From NCBI GenBank assembly GCA_937888355.1, contig CALAPX010000027.1, positions 5,026 to 69,025 on the forward strand: a DNA stretch of 64,000 nt, read 5' to 3'. Below the pieces are notes generated by a model, which made no database searches, was not told where the DNA came from, and saw only the letters and a program-made list of their open reading frames with translations. Position 1 is the first letter of the stretch, and the number at the start of each line of letters is the position of its first letter. Origin of the DNA: an uncultured Spartobacteria bacterium (lineage in GTDB: Bacteria > Verrucomicrobiota > Verrucomicrobiia > Chthoniobacterales > Terrimicrobiaceae). The position numbers were made by a program, and so were the translations under genes. Shown piece by piece: positions 27,216-37,026 of this stretch.

Positions 27216-28460
27216 CTACTCCCTTTTGGAAAGCAACTCGAGACGGAGCATATCCAGCGCCCTTTGACTCGCTAACCGCTTGAATGTCGACCTGTCTGAT
27301 GGGTAGAGCGCTTTCGCACATACTGATTTTCCATTCTGTCCGACCACCGCGATAAACACCAATCCCACGGGTTTTTCCGGACTGCCTCCCCCTGGGCCTG
27401 CAATCCCGGTGATTCCAACCCCATAAGTAGCCGCCGCCTTTCGTTGTGCCCCCTCAGCCATGGCCAACGCAACAGGTTCACTCACCGCTCCGTGTGCCGC
27501 AAGAACCCCGGGATCCACACCAAGCATCTCGCTCTTGGACTCATTGGAGTACGTGACAAAGCCGCGCATGAAGACACCGGAAGCACCAGGCACATCCGTG
27601 ATGCGGCTGGCCAACAAGCCCCCTGTACACGATTCGGCTGTTGCCACCGTCGCGTCAACTTCTGAGAGCAGCCTTACGACCTGTTCCTCAAGTTCACTGC
27701 CATCCATCGACACCAAATGCTTTCCGAGTCGCTCGAGCACCAGCGGTTCAATCTCGTCAAGAACCGCTATGGGCCCGATCAACCGGAAATCCACCTCGTT
27801 CGATCGAGCGCAATAGCCCACCTCGAGTTGCGGGTGGGCATTCAATTCGAGGCCGATCAACTTTTCGACCGCGCTCTCACCCATCCCCACCACCCGATAC
27901 GTCCTGCTGATCTGCCGCGAAATGCCAGCACAGAGCTTCTCCAACGCTGGCAGCACATGATCCAAAAACATCGGCTGCAACTCTCGAGGCGGACCGGGAA
28001 GCAAAAACAAGTGCGGCGTGGCGGTAGAGGGCAATTCAACGGCAGGCAGATATAGTCCGGGGGCGGTACCATTCGGATTTTGCAATACCTCAGCACCTTC
28101 GGGAACCATCGCCTGCCGTGCCATTCGTTCCAAAAATTCGAACCCTCGCACCTCAAGCCGTTCCCGAATCGCACATTCTACCGCCTGGTCCACCCGCAAC
28201 CTCCTTCCAAGCAACTCAGCCACAACCTCACGGGTGATGTCATCCGTGGTAGGCCCCAACCCCCCGGTAACAATCACCACATCTGCCCTCCCCCAAGCTT
28301 CAATCACTGCGCGCCTAATCTCGGGGCCATCGGGAACAGTTGTCTGGCGAGCAACGCGCAGCCCGAGCGGGAAAATCCGTTTGGCAATCCAGCCGGCATG
28401 GGTGTTCACCACCTCCCCGAGAAGGATCTCGGTACCGATATTGAGAATTTCGACGGTCAT
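27216..28460 (-). CDS. cinA: CinA family protein (MoCF-binding domain + nicotinamide-nucleotide amidohydrolase PncC domain)
   Basis: ORF 27216..28496. ATG 28460 gives MTVEILNIGTEILLGEVVNTH..., the canonical CinA N-terminus. The C-terminal CinA/PncC domain reads TAESCTGGLLA. The start overlaps the upstream stop by 1 nt. Confidence 0.9.
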   Translation of the reverse strand: MTVEILNIGTEILLGEVVNTHAGWIAKRIFPLGLRVARQTTVPDGPEIRRAVIEAWGRADVVIVTGGLGPTTDDITREVVAELLGRRLRVDQAVECAIRERLEVRGFEFLERMARQAMVPEGAEVLQNPNGTAPGLYLPAVELPSTATPHLFLLPGPPRELQPMFLDHVLPALEKLCAGISRQISRTYRVVGMGESAVEKLIGLELNAHPQLEVGYCARSNEVDFRLIGPIAVLDEIEPLVLERLGKHLVSMDGSELEEQVVRLLSEVDATVATAESCTGGLLASRITDVPGASGVFMRGFVTYSNESKSEMLGVDPGVLAAHGAVSEPVALAMAEGAQRKAAATYGVGITGIAGPGGGSPEKPVGLVFIAVVGQNGKSVCAKALYPSDRSTFKRLASQRALDMLRLELLSKRE

Positions 28461-29293
28461 TAGGCGGAGGCTCCCGCACTTAGGGCATCCATCCAACCCT
28501 TCACCATCCCGTGCTTCTCCAATTCCCCGTCCAGATCATAGACATAAAGCAGATTTGCGAGCATTCGCATGAGAAACTGCCTCGGGCTGGCTGCCTGCAG
28601 ATGCTTGTCCTTCAGCTTCAGCCCCTGGCGTTCCAGAATTTGCTCCACATCACATTTGCAAAGGATACGGCATCCATTGAAGGGATCGAAATACACATCC
28701 CCAAGTTTCGCAATGAAATGCCCGGGGAGGTTGATCCCCTCGATTTTGACAGCCGCTCGGGCACCGATGAGAATATATAAAAGCGTGAGGGTGATTGGAA
28801 TTCCGCGACGCGTTTCGATCACGCTTGAGAGCAGTGAATTTTGCTCGCAGTAGTAGCTCTCCGAGTTTCCACCAAACCCCAGATCATTGGCAATTTGGAA
28901 TGAAAGAAGCTGGACGCGATCACTGTTGTTAAGACAACGCGAAATGCCGCTCAGATACTGGCGCCCCCACTCATTGAGCATCACTTGATGATCATAAGTG
29001 CAGAGACCGGGATTGATTGCCCGCGCAAGACACCATGCCGCCTGCTCAAGATCAAACGCCTCGCCCCCGAGGTGGCACAGCAGTTGGAAATCCTCTCGCG
29101 CTTTTTGCCCTTGGATTTCCACCAAGACCTCCCTGGCATGCCCGGCGACCACGTCATCGTCGGAGTTAGTCAATTCCTCCAATGCAAGGGGGTTCGCATC
29201 GGCGAGCGACATCAGTTGCTCTTTTACTAGATGAACCGTGTCAGGATCATTGTCCGAAAGCAGCTTTGCCAAGGCATCAAGGTTGGCGACCAT
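28460..29293 (-). CDS. SirB1/YchA-like protein (transglutaminase-like core 2 + TPR-like C-terminus)
   Basis: ORF 28460..29317 (TTG); ATG at 29293. The motif RRGIPITLTLLYILIGARAAVKIEGINLPGHFIAKLGDVYFDPFNG matches the SirB1 N-terminal family pattern. Confidence 0.75.
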   Translation of the reverse strand: MVANLDALAKLLSDNDPDTVHLVKEQLMSLADANPLALEELTNSDDDVVAGHAREVLVEIQGQKAREDFQLLCHLGGEAFDLEQAAWCLARAINPGLCTYDHQVMLNEWGRQYLSGISRCLNNSDRVQLLSFQIANDLGFGGNSESYYCEQNSLLSSVIETRRGIPITLTLLYILIGARAAVKIEGINLPGHFIAKLGDVYFDPFNGCRILCKCDVEQILERQGLKLKDKHLQAASPRQFLMRMLANLLYVYDLDGELEKHGMVKGWMDALSAGASA

Positions 29294-29362
29294 TACCCAT
29301 TGAATAAATACGGGCAAGACCCCGTTGCAAGCGGCGACTTTGGATTTGTTGAAATTTCCGAT

Positions 29363-30565
29363 TCACCTTCCGCACCGCGAGAAGACGTTCACCACCACCA
29401 CCCCACCCATTCCCTGTCCGATCTGGACGGCATGGCGCGGAAGAGGCGGGACCGCCGGCCGGCACTTCGCCAGTCCCAACGCCGGATCCACCTTTCCAGG
29501 CCAAGCAGGCACACTTCCAATAAATAATCCTTGGGCAAGCATTGCCGCTTCAAGAACACCAGAAGCCGCAAGGCAATGGCCAGTTGTCCGCTTCACTGCG
29601 GTAATCCATGGAAATGTCTCACCAAAAAAACGCTTCAGGCACGCAATCTCGACGGCATCGAATCGTGGCGTTCCGGTTGCATGCAACGATACCCAATCCA
29701 CCCCCCCCACAGGTCCGTGCGGCGATGCCCCGAGCGATCTTCGTAGCAAATCACCAAGCGCATCAGCCTTCGGGTCCGGCGCCATGAGATGGAACGCCTC
29801 AGCCGCCGTGTCTCCACCAGTCCACTCAGCTAGAGGGACAGCCCCACGGTGCTGCGCATGATCGCCCGATTCAAGAATCACACATCCAGCGCCTTCGCGC
29901 GGGTGCATTCCACTCCGAGCCGACCCCAATGGCCTGCCTTCAGGAGTCTTTGCAATACTTCCATTTCGCTCCATCGCCTCACGCAGCAATGGACCGGGCA
30001 GTGGATCGGCAGCCACCACCACGGCAGCATCGATTGTCCCTGCGCGGATCAGAGTGCCAGCCAACAATACACATTGGGCACCCGTGGCGGATGCCGCATT
30101 CAACGAAAAATCACTCCCGCCCAAACCGAATGCCACCGACACAGCGGACCCTATGGCGTTGCTCCGCCAGCGCGTGAGACTGTAAGGCGAAAACCGTTTT
30201 CTGGAACGCTCCGCAACCTCCTCCTCCATCGCCACGAGCCCGCCAGTTGAGGTGCCACTGACACAACCAAAGTGCCCAAATCGTTGCTTGGCCCCCTCCC
30301 CCCGGAGGCGGTTATGCTCCGGAGGAAGTCCCGCATTCTTCCAAGCCATTCGCACCGCAGCCAATGCCAGAAGTTGATGCCTTCCGAGAATCGAAGCGTC
30401 CGCCGTGGGCAACTCTGCCAACTCGCTGAGATGTTCCAATGTCGGTTGCCCACCGGCAACCATGCGATCCTCCAATAACGCCTCCCAAATCTCCTCCACC
30501 GAACCGGCGCCTCCAGCCAATGCTCCACACCCCGTCACAACAACCCGCCGAACCGGATCGCGCAT
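29363..30565 (-). CDS. Beta-ketoacyl synthase (thiolase-fold, KAS I/II-like) family protein with Ser in place of the active-site Cys
   Basis: 400 aa. N-terminus RRVVVTGCGALAGG. The active-site context LNAASATGAQ has Ser159 (codon tcc at 30091-30089) where KAS enzymes have A-C-[AT]-[ST]-G. Both His motifs are retained (SLHATGTPRFD, KRTTGHCLAASG). Confidence 0.8.
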   Translation of the reverse strand: MRDPVRRVVVTGCGALAGGAGSVEEIWEALLEDRMVAGGQPTLEHLSELAELPTADASILGRHQLLALAAVRMAWKNAGLPPEHNRLRGEGAKQRFGHFGCVSGTSTGGLVAMEEEVAERSRKRFSPYSLTRWRSNAIGSAVSVAFGLGGSDFSLNAASATGAQCVLLAGTLIRAGTIDAAVVVAADPLPGPLLREAMERNGSIAKTPEGRPLGSARSGMHPREGAGCVILESGDHAQHRGAVPLAEWTGGDTAAEAFHLMAPDPKADALGDLLRRSLGASPHGPVGGVDWVSLHATGTPRFDAVEIACLKRFFGETFPWITAVKRTTGHCLAASGVLEAAMLAQGLFIGSVPAWPGKVDPALGLAKCRPAVPPLPRHAVQIGQGMGGVVVVNVFSRCGR

Positions 30566-30731
30566 TAGGTGTTGGATCCTTCCCGAAAATTAAAGCGACT
30601 GGAGCAGATGCTTGATGTCATAAAAATAAAGTGCGAGAGCCATGCCATGAATCTGCCTCGGCAGCAAGCCGGCGGGATCTCAAAATCTCTTTTGCGGCTC
30701 AAAATGATTTTTAAAAAAACGAAAAAGCCGA

Positions 30732-30760
30732 TTGACTCGCCCCTTGATTTCGCCTTCAGT
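30732..30760 (+). promoter_or_regulatory. Putative sigma70-type promoter for tRNA-Arg
   Basis: TTGACT (30732-30737), a 17-nt spacer, then TTCAGT (30755-30760), 17 nt before the tRNA 5' end. An A/T-rich UP-like stretch (gatttttaaaaaaacgaaaaa) lies immediately upstream. The -10 match is weak. Confidence 0.35.
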
Positions 30761-30777
30761 ATCGCTCCGTTTTCTTT

Positions 30778-30851
30778 GCAGCCGTAGCTCAATTGGATAG
30801 AGCATCTGACTACGGATCAGAAGGTTAAAGGTTCAAGTCCTTTCGGCTGCA
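30778..30851 (+). tRNA. tRNA-Arg (anticodon ACG)
   Basis: 74-nt cloverleaf folded by hand. Acceptor gcagccg/cggctgc, D arm gctc-aattggata-gagc, anticodon arm tctga-ctACGga-tcaga, T arm aaagg-ttcaagt-ccttt, discriminator A. CCA is not encoded. Confidence 0.93.
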
Positions 30852-30938
30852 CTTTCACTCCCCCTTTTTATTTGATTCCTGATCAAGGGGTAATCTTCCA
30901 CCAGGGTTATTTATCGTAATCATTCAACACCTGAATGG

Positions 30939-31009
30939 CTGCCTCGCATGGATTCGAACCATGACAAACAGATCCAGAATCTGCAGTGCTACCGTTACAC
31001 CACGAGGCA
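30939..31009 (-). tRNA. tRNA-Gln (anticodon CUG)
   Basis: The reverse complement folds as acceptor tgcctcg/cgaggca, D arm gtgt-aacggta-gcac, anticodon arm gcaga-ttCTGga-tctgt, T arm catgg-ttcgaat-ccatg, discriminator G. Confidence 0.9.
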
Positions 31010-31123
31010 AAATCGCGGGCTGATACGGCTAATCCACCTCAAGCACTCCAGCAAGAAGAAAACCAGCTTCGTCAGAGCAAGCAAAGGGGCTCAGATCCCG
31101 GCATAGCGCCGGAGGCAAGAATT

Positions 31124-32896
31124 TCAACCCTTCTTCGCTGTACTTTGAATATAGAGTTCGCGGAGTTGTTTGAAATCCGCCTCGGCCGGTGAGTTGGTCA
31201 TCATTTCGACGCCGCGGTTGTTTTTCGGGAAGGCGATGACATCGCGGATGCTTTCCTCTCCGGCGAGAAGCATAACGAGGCGGTCGAGGCCCAGAGCAAT
31301 CCCTCCGTGGGGAGGGGCGCCAAACTGGAAGGCCTGGAGGATGTGCCCGAAGAGGGTCTTCTGCTTGTCCTCATCAACTCCGAGGATCGAGAACATGCGG
31401 GACTGGAGATCGGGCTCATGGATCCGAAGGCTCCCGCCACCGATTTCAACACCGTTGAGAACCACATCGTAGGCAACAGCTCGAATCTTCGAAAACTCTC
31501 CTGACCCAAGGAGAGGCATATCCTCCGGATTCGGCCGTGTGAACGGGTGGTGGACGGCATTCCATTTGTTTTCCTCCTCACTCCAGGCAAGGAGAGGAAA
31601 GTCCACAACCCATAGAAAATTCATAGCAGTCGATCCCTTGAGAAGGTTGAGCATCTCCGCCACGCGCAAGCGCACCCGGCCGAGGGTCTCGCAGGCAACC
31701 TCCCATGTGTCGGCTCCAAACAAAATAAGGTCCCCCTCGGTAATGGTGAGACGCTCGGTGAGGGCTGCTTTCTCGGCATCGGTGAAGAATTTGACGATTG
31801 GAGACTTCCATTCACCGTTCTCGACTTTGATAAAGGCGAGACCTTTGGCTCCCGACTGCTTGGCGAGTTCGGTGAGGTTTTCGATCTGTCCAGTGGTGAT
31901 ACAAGCAAGTCCTTTGGCATTGATCGCCTTCACGACACCTCCGTTATCTAGTGCGCCACGGAAGACTTTGAACTGGGCGGTTGCAAAGACATCCCCCAAA
32001 TCGGTGATTTCGATACCAAACCGTGTGTCGGGCTTGTCACTGCCAAACCGATTCATTGCATCCTTGTAGGCAAGACGGGGAAACGGGGTGGGAATTTCGA
32101 TTCCTTGAGCCTCGCGAAATACGGTTGCAAGCAACTGCTCCATGAGAGCGAGAATGTCATCTTGGGTCACAAAGGAGGCTTCGACATCGAGTTGGGTGAA
32201 CTCTGGCTGACGGTCGGCGCGGAGATCCTCGTCACGGAAGCAACGGGCTATCTGGAAGTATTTTTCCACACCAGCGACCATCAGGAGTTGCTTGTACTGC
32301 TGGGGAGCCTGAGGGAGAGCATAAAAAGCTCCGGGCGTGAGGCGCGAGGGAACGAGAAAGTCGCGGGCGCCCTCAGGGGTGCTCTTTGACAGAATAGGGG
32401 TCTCGATTTCCAGAAAACCCTCGGAATCCATCACATCGCGCATGGTCTTCACAACGCGGTGGCGGAGACGAAGGTTGCGGGCCATTTTTTCGCGGCGCAG
32501 GTCGAGGTAACGGTAGGTGAGCCGCAGGTCTTCGTTTGAAACCTTGTCGTCGAGTTGGAACGGAAGCACTTCGGCCGCGTTGAGGATGTCAAGGGCGGTG
32601 GCGACGATTTCGATTGCTCCGGTGGCGAGTTTCGGATTTTCGGTCCCGACTAGGCGAGGCGAGACCTTGCCTGTGACACGAATCACATCCTCGCTACGAA
32701 GTTCGTGGGATTGCTTCGCTGCCTCTGGGTATTCCTCCGGCCGGAAGACGACTTGAGTGATCCCCTCGCGGTCACGGAGATCGATGAAGATCAAGCCGCC
32801 ATGGTCGCGGCGCGAGGCGACCCACCCGCAAAGGGTGGCTTCGGTGCCGGCGTGGTCGGAACGGAGTGCGTTGCAGTGGTGTGTGCGGTAGGTCAT
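31124..32896 (-). CDS. aspS: Aspartyl-tRNA synthetase
   Basis: 590 aa, [26 protein letters not shown]...; OB-fold, class II motifs, GAD insertion, and the C-terminal [14 protein letters not shown]. Confidence 0.95.
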   Translation of the reverse strand: MTYRTHHCNALRSDHAGTEATLCGWVASRRDHGGLIFIDLRDREGITQVVFRPEEYPEAAKQSHELRSEDVIRVTGKVSPRLVGTENPKLATGAIEIVATALDILNAAEVLPFQLDDKVSNEDLRLTYRYLDLRREKMARNLRLRHRVVKTMRDVMDSEGFLEIETPILSKSTPEGARDFLVPSRLTPGAFYALPQAPQQYKQLLMVAGVEKYFQIARCFRDEDLRADRQPEFTQLDVEASFVTQDDILALMEQLLATVFREAQGIEIPTPFPRLAYKDAMNRFGSDKPDTRFGIEITDLGDVFATAQFKVFRGALDNGGVVKAINAKGLACITTGQIENLTELAKQSGAKGLAFIKVENGEWKSPIVKFFTDAEKAALTERLTITEGDLILFGADTWEVACETLGRVRLRVAEMLNLLKGSTAMNFLWVVDFPLLAWSEEENKWNAVHHPFTRPNPEDMPLLGSGEFSKIRAVAYDVVLNGVEIGGGSLRIHEPDLQSRMFSILGVDEDKQKTLFGHILQAFQFGAPPHGGIALGLDRLVMLLAGEESIRDVIAFPKNNRGVEMMTNSPAEADFKQLRELYIQSTAKKG

Positions 32897-34143
32897 CGGA
32901 GTTTTATGTTTTTAAGGTTGGGAACGAGTGCGGCGTGGTCGATCGCCTCCTCAGAGCGGGTGGCGAGATGTTTAAGTTTTACCTGCGGCCATTCTTGTCC
33001 AACAAGGACAGCGTGACAGGCGCCGAGGTGTTCCGCCTCTTGGAATTGCTTGCCGATTTTGGCGGGTCTCAGCGAGAAGTCTGTGGAAAGACCGAGTTCT
33101 CGGCAGGTCTGAACGATTTGAAGCGCTTCGGCGCGGCGGGATTCATCAGCAATAATGACATACACATCACTGGTTTGCGCCAGAGCAGCTTTGAGCTTTT
33201 CCGAGGCGGATGGCGTTTCGTTGATAAGATGGCCGAGCACAACGTCCCCCATGCCGAACCCAATCGCTGGGAGGTCTATGGCTCCATCGCTGAGTCCCTT
33301 GATAAGGCCGTCGTAGCGTCCGCCACCGGCGAGGGCGCGGAGGCTTTTCGATCTATCAAAGATTTCGAAAACAACCCCCGTATAGTAAGCGAGACCACGC
33401 ACAATTGAGAGGTCGGGCTGGACAAAGCCGCTCAAGCCGCGCGCGGCAAGGGCTTCGAGCACGGGAGCGAAGGCACCAGGACTGCCTGCGGCGATGAATG
33501 CCTTCAGGTCATCGACCACAAGTCCGGTCGGAGCGAGCTTGGCGTTGAGCTTTTCAGCAGGCTCGCGCTCGAGCTTGTCGGCGCAGGCGAGAACCGTGCG
33601 GCAGGCCGCTTCGTCACAGCCGCGGGATTGGAGAAACTCCATCCATGCTTTGCGATCGCTGAGACGCACAACGAAATGTTCGGCCGTAAATCCAAAGGCC
33701 CTCATGAGATCTACTGCAAGCGCGATAATTTCCGCATCGGCCTGCGGGGAGGATTCGCCGATGATGTCGGCATTGAACTGCAAAAACTCTCGGAGGCGAC
33801 CCTTTTGCTGACGTTCGTGACGGAAGAAATTGGACACACAAAACCACTTCATTGGCTTGCGGTAGTGCTTTTCCCTCGCCGCCACCATACGAGCCAGCGT
33901 AGGGGTCATTTCCGGGCGAAGCGCCACTTCGCGTCCCCCCCGGTCGGCAAACGAGTAGAGTTGCTCGAGAATCTCGGCTCCCTCCTCATTTTTTTTGCGG
34001 TAAAGATCGGTGCTTTCAAGCACAGGGCCGTCGAACTCCAAAAACCCATAGCGTCGGGATACTGACCTCCATGTCTCGATGACATGGTTCCGCCGCGCGC
34101 AATCCTCTGGATAAAAGTCCCGGAATCCGGGAAGAGCCTGCAT
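32893..34143 (-). CDS. hisS: Histidyl-tRNA synthetase
   Basis: ORF 32893..34155 begins with GTG; ATG at 34143 gives [14 protein letters not shown], a typical HisRS N-terminus. The stop overlaps the aspS start (ATGA). Confidence 0.95.
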   Translation of the reverse strand: MQALPGFRDFYPEDCARRNHVIETWRSVSRRYGFLEFDGPVLESTDLYRKKNEEGAEILEQLYSFADRGGREVALRPEMTPTLARMVAAREKHYRKPMKWFCVSNFFRHERQQKGRLREFLQFNADIIGESSPQADAEIIALAVDLMRAFGFTAEHFVVRLSDRKAWMEFLQSRGCDEAACRTVLACADKLEREPAEKLNAKLAPTGLVVDDLKAFIAAGSPGAFAPVLEALAARGLSGFVQPDLSIVRGLAYYTGVVFEIFDRSKSLRALAGGGRYDGLIKGLSDGAIDLPAIGFGMGDVVLGHLINETPSASEKLKAALAQTSDVYVIIADESRRAEALQIVQTCRELGLSTDFSLRPAKIGKQFQEAEHLGACHAVLVGQEWPQVKLKHLATRSEEAIDHAALVPNLKNIKLR

Positions 34144-34250
34144 CAAGGCGCACACCTCCCACTATGAGTTTTGGAAAAAAACATTCCGGGGAGATTGCCA
34201 ACTCGCCCGCCGCGTGCAAAGCCGCAAAAATTCGATTTGCCGACCCTTCC

Positions 34251-34697
34251 TCAGGGGAGCTTCCGCTCGGTCGCCAGAAACCCTGTGTGGTTCCCCTTGC
34301 TGTCACTCAAAGGCTTCAACTCGATATGAACGCGGTAGGGCTTCGTGTCCTTGTGATAGTTGACCATCTCGACCTCGCAGGGCATGCGCGAACGAATGCC
34401 TTGCCGCAGCACTTGGATGCTCTCAGGGCTGGTCTTGGGACCTTGAAGGAGGGATCCGGGTTTCCTGCCGCAGATCTCCTCGAAAGTAAAGCCACACAAC
34501 TGTGAGAACGCGGGGTTGATTTGAACAACATAACCCTCCTTGTCGGTCACCACCCGGGCAGGCTCGGATTCGATTCGCCCAAGCAGGTCTCCTAGTAACA
34601 CAGCCGTGGTATCCGCGTCCAATTCATGGGCGGGCGCTCCGGTTTTTTCAAAGAGATCAACAATCATCTGCTCTTGAATTACGGAAAGCTCGGTCAT
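34251..34697 (-). CDS. Stand-alone PAS domain protein (LOV-like sequence lacking the adduct-forming Cys)
   Basis: 148 aa. The core is GYVVQINPAFSQLCGFTFEEICGRKPGSLLQGPKTSPESIQVLRQGI...VEMVNYHKDTKPYRVHIELKPLSD. Confidence 0.8.
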   Translation of the reverse strand: MTELSVIQEQMIVDLFEKTGAPAHELDADTTAVLLGDLLGRIESEPARVVTDKEGYVVQINPAFSQLCGFTFEEICGRKPGSLLQGPKTSPESIQVLRQGIRSRMPCEVEMVNYHKDTKPYRVHIELKPLSDSKGNHTGFLATERKLP

Positions 34698-34708
34698 GGG
34701 GATGCAGC

Positions 34709-36226
34709 TTATTTTTTCTCGGTTTTGAAAAATGTTACAATTGCGTCCACAAGTCCTGGAATATCATGAACAGCCGCCTCCAGATTCACTGGCATTCCAA
34801 GGTCATGCATTGTTTTGGATGTCACCGGACCGATACTGGCGAAGCGGACTCCCTCGCAGGGCGGAAGGTTGAGGGCGTGGAAATTTTCGGCTGTTGAGGA
34901 ACTAGTAAATGTCACCAGATCCGCACCGGTCTCGCGGTAGCGGCGAATACCACCACTGGCATCCTCTGTCTCGGGCACCGTGCGATAGGCCACCGCTTCA
35001 TCGACAATCGCTCCGAGGCGGGACAATTCCTTCGGCAGAACATCGCGGGCACCTTCTGCTCGGGCTAGCAGGATTTTGAGGTTATCGATGCTGGTTTCCT
35101 TCTGGAGGGCAGTGACAATTTCCTCTGCCACGTATTTTTCTGGCTGCACATCGACCTGAAACCGGAAGGCACTTACTCGTGCTGCCGTGGCGGGACCTAT
35201 TGCGGCGATACGCACCCCGCCGAGATCGCGGGCGTCCTTGTATATCTCGAAGAATACTTTGAAAAAAGCATCCACCCCGTTCGGACTGGTGAAAATGAGC
35301 CAGTCGTAAGAATGGGCATAGGCAACAGCCTCATAAAAGGCGCGCTTGTCAGGTGCCTGCTCGACCCTAATCGTAGGCATCTCAAAGGCATCCGCCCCTA
35401 AAGCTCGGAGTTGCTGAACCATTTCACCAGCCTGCTGGCGAGTGCGCGTGACTCCGATCCGTTTTCCAAAGAGCGGCAAGGTCTCAAACCAGTTCAATGT
35501 TCCCCGTAGATTCACCACCTCGCCAAATACAGCGACGGCGGGCGCCTTGAACGAAGCGGCGGCTGCCTTTTCCGCGATGTCTCCCAATGTTCCTGTGAGA
35601 GTGCGCTGCTCACCAGTCGTCGCCCAGCGAATCAATGCCACTGGAGTTGTCTCCGGCATGCCTGCGCCGTGGAGGCCGGAAGTAATTGTGGCAAGGCGTT
35701 CAACGCCCATAAGCATGACTTTGGTTCCAGGAGCGGAGGCTAGAGCGGCGTAATTGATCGAGCTTTCGGACTTCGTCGGATCCTCATGCCCGGTGAAGAT
35801 CGTGAGCATCGTATTATGGGCGCGGTGGGTGACAGGAATTCCTGCGTATGCGGGGCCGCCGATCGCTGAAGTGATTCCCGGCACGATTTCGAACCGGCAC
35901 CCTGCTGCCACAAGCGCTTCGGCCTCTTCCCCCCCCCTTCCGAACAAAAACGGATCCCCACCCTTTAGTCGGGTCACGATTTTTCCGGCACTGGTTTTTT
36001 CAACAAGAAGAGCGTTGATTTCCTCTTGGCGGAGCGTGTGCGCGCCTGCTTTTTTCCCCACGTAGATTTTCTCAGCCTCGGCGGGCGCCCATTGCAGCAG
36101 GGCTGGATTAGAGAGATAATCGTAGATCACGACCTCTGCCCGGCACAGGCAATCACGACCTTTGAGCGTAAGCAGAAGAGGGTCGCCGGGACCGGCTCCC
36201 ACGAGATAGCAGATTCCTTCAGGCAT
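34709..36226 (-). CDS. Bifunctional uroporphyrinogen-III C-methyltransferase / uroporphyrinogen-III synthase (CobA-HemD fusion)
   Basis: ORF 34709..36391. ATG 36226 gives MPEGICYLVGAGPGDPLLLTLKGRDCLCRAEVVIYD, the SUMT N-terminus. The C-terminal half is HemD-like (LFGKRIGVTRTRQQAGE...). Confidence 0.9.
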   Translation of the reverse strand: MPEGICYLVGAGPGDPLLLTLKGRDCLCRAEVVIYDYLSNPALLQWAPAEAEKIYVGKKAGAHTLRQEEINALLVEKTSAGKIVTRLKGGDPFLFGRGGEEAEALVAAGCRFEIVPGITSAIGGPAYAGIPVTHRAHNTMLTIFTGHEDPTKSESSINYAALASAPGTKVMLMGVERLATITSGLHGAGMPETTPVALIRWATTGEQRTLTGTLGDIAEKAAAASFKAPAVAVFGEVVNLRGTLNWFETLPLFGKRIGVTRTRQQAGEMVQQLRALGADAFEMPTIRVEQAPDKRAFYEAVAYAHSYDWLIFTSPNGVDAFFKVFFEIYKDARDLGGVRIAAIGPATAARVSAFRFQVDVQPEKYVAEEIVTALQKETSIDNLKILLARAEGARDVLPKELSRLGAIVDEAVAYRTVPETEDASGGIRRYRETGADLVTFTSSSTAENFHALNLPPCEGVRFASIGPVTSKTMHDLGMPVNLEAAVHDIPGLVDAIVTFFKTEKK

Positions 36227-36313
36227 ATTCTCGGGATCCTGCCATGCCGCGCAATTTGAATAAATCCTTTTGATTGGCTGGATAAAATATCCATGCGTGT
36301 TCATGATAACCTG

Positions 36314-37018
36314 ATGCTCGAAGTCGTTGAAAAACTCCTCGCCCTCCAGGACCGCGACCAGCGGCTCCGCAATGTCCGCATGGAACTCCAAGCCGTGCCC
36401 AACGAAATCGCATCCAATGAAAAGCTCATCTCGGACGCGGCAAGCCGACTCGAAGCATCCAAATCCCGCGCTAAAACGATCGAGGTGGAGAAAAAATCAC
36501 TCGCTGTTGAGGCCGACGCCAAGCGTGATCAGATCAACCGCTACAAGACACAGCAACTCCAGACCCGCAAAAACGAGGAGTACTCGGCTCTTGCGCACGA
36601 AATTGAAGCGGCTGAAAAATTGATCACCGCAATCGAAGACAAGGAACTTGTTCTCATGGAGGAAGCGGAAAGCCTTGCTCCCGCTATTACTGAAGCGGAA
36701 AAAAACTTTACTTCTGAAAAGTCCCGCCTGAATGAGCGGATCGTGATGCTCAAGGAAAAGAGCGCCAACCTGACAACACGCATCACGGATCTTGAAAAAG
36801 ATCGCACGACTGCCACGCAAGGAATCGAGGAGGAATTGATGGAACGCTATGACCGCCTCTTCCAAACAAAAAATGCCCGTGCGGTAGTTCCTGTGGAACA
36901 TGACGTCTGCTCGGGGTGCCACATGAAGGTAACCGCACAGACCACCATTGCCCTTCGCGCTGACAAGGAGCTCGTCTCCTGTCCGCAATGCGGCCGGATT
37001 CTACATCTCCCCCTTTGA
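36314..37018 (+). CDS. Coiled-coil protein with C-terminal C4 zinc ribbon (COG1579/DUF164-like)
   Basis: ORF 36293..37018. ATG 36314 gives MLEVVEKLLALQDRDQRL. A long coiled coil ends in CSGCHMKV...CPQCGRILH. Confidence 0.8.
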   Translation: MLEVVEKLLALQDRDQRLRNVRMELQAVPNEIASNEKLISDAASRLEASKSRAKTIEVEKKSLAVEADAKRDQINRYKTQQLQTRKNEEYSALAHEIEAAEKLITAIEDKELVLMEEAESLAPAITEAEKNFTSEKSRLNERIVMLKEKSANLTTRITDLEKDRTTATQGIEEELMERYDRLFQTKNARAVVPVEHDVCSGCHMKVTAQTTIALRADKELVSCPQCGRILHLPL

Positions 37019-37026
37019 TAGATCAA

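Noticed and set aside
30565-30792. Mutually overlapping 72- and 75-aa ORFs on both strands upstream of tRNA-Arg.
   Set aside because: The region is AT-rich and promoter-like. The ORFs overlap each other and run into the tRNA, and the sequences are Lys-rich and low-complexity. I treat the region as the tRNA promoter/UP region and the divergent promoter of the KAS-like operon.
30778-31009. The convergent tRNA-Arg / tRNA-Gln pair as an integration hotspot or island boundary.
   Set aside because: Only 87 nt separate the two tRNAs. There is no integrase, no tRNA 3'-end direct repeat that I could see, and the flanking genes (KAS-like operon, aspS) look resident.
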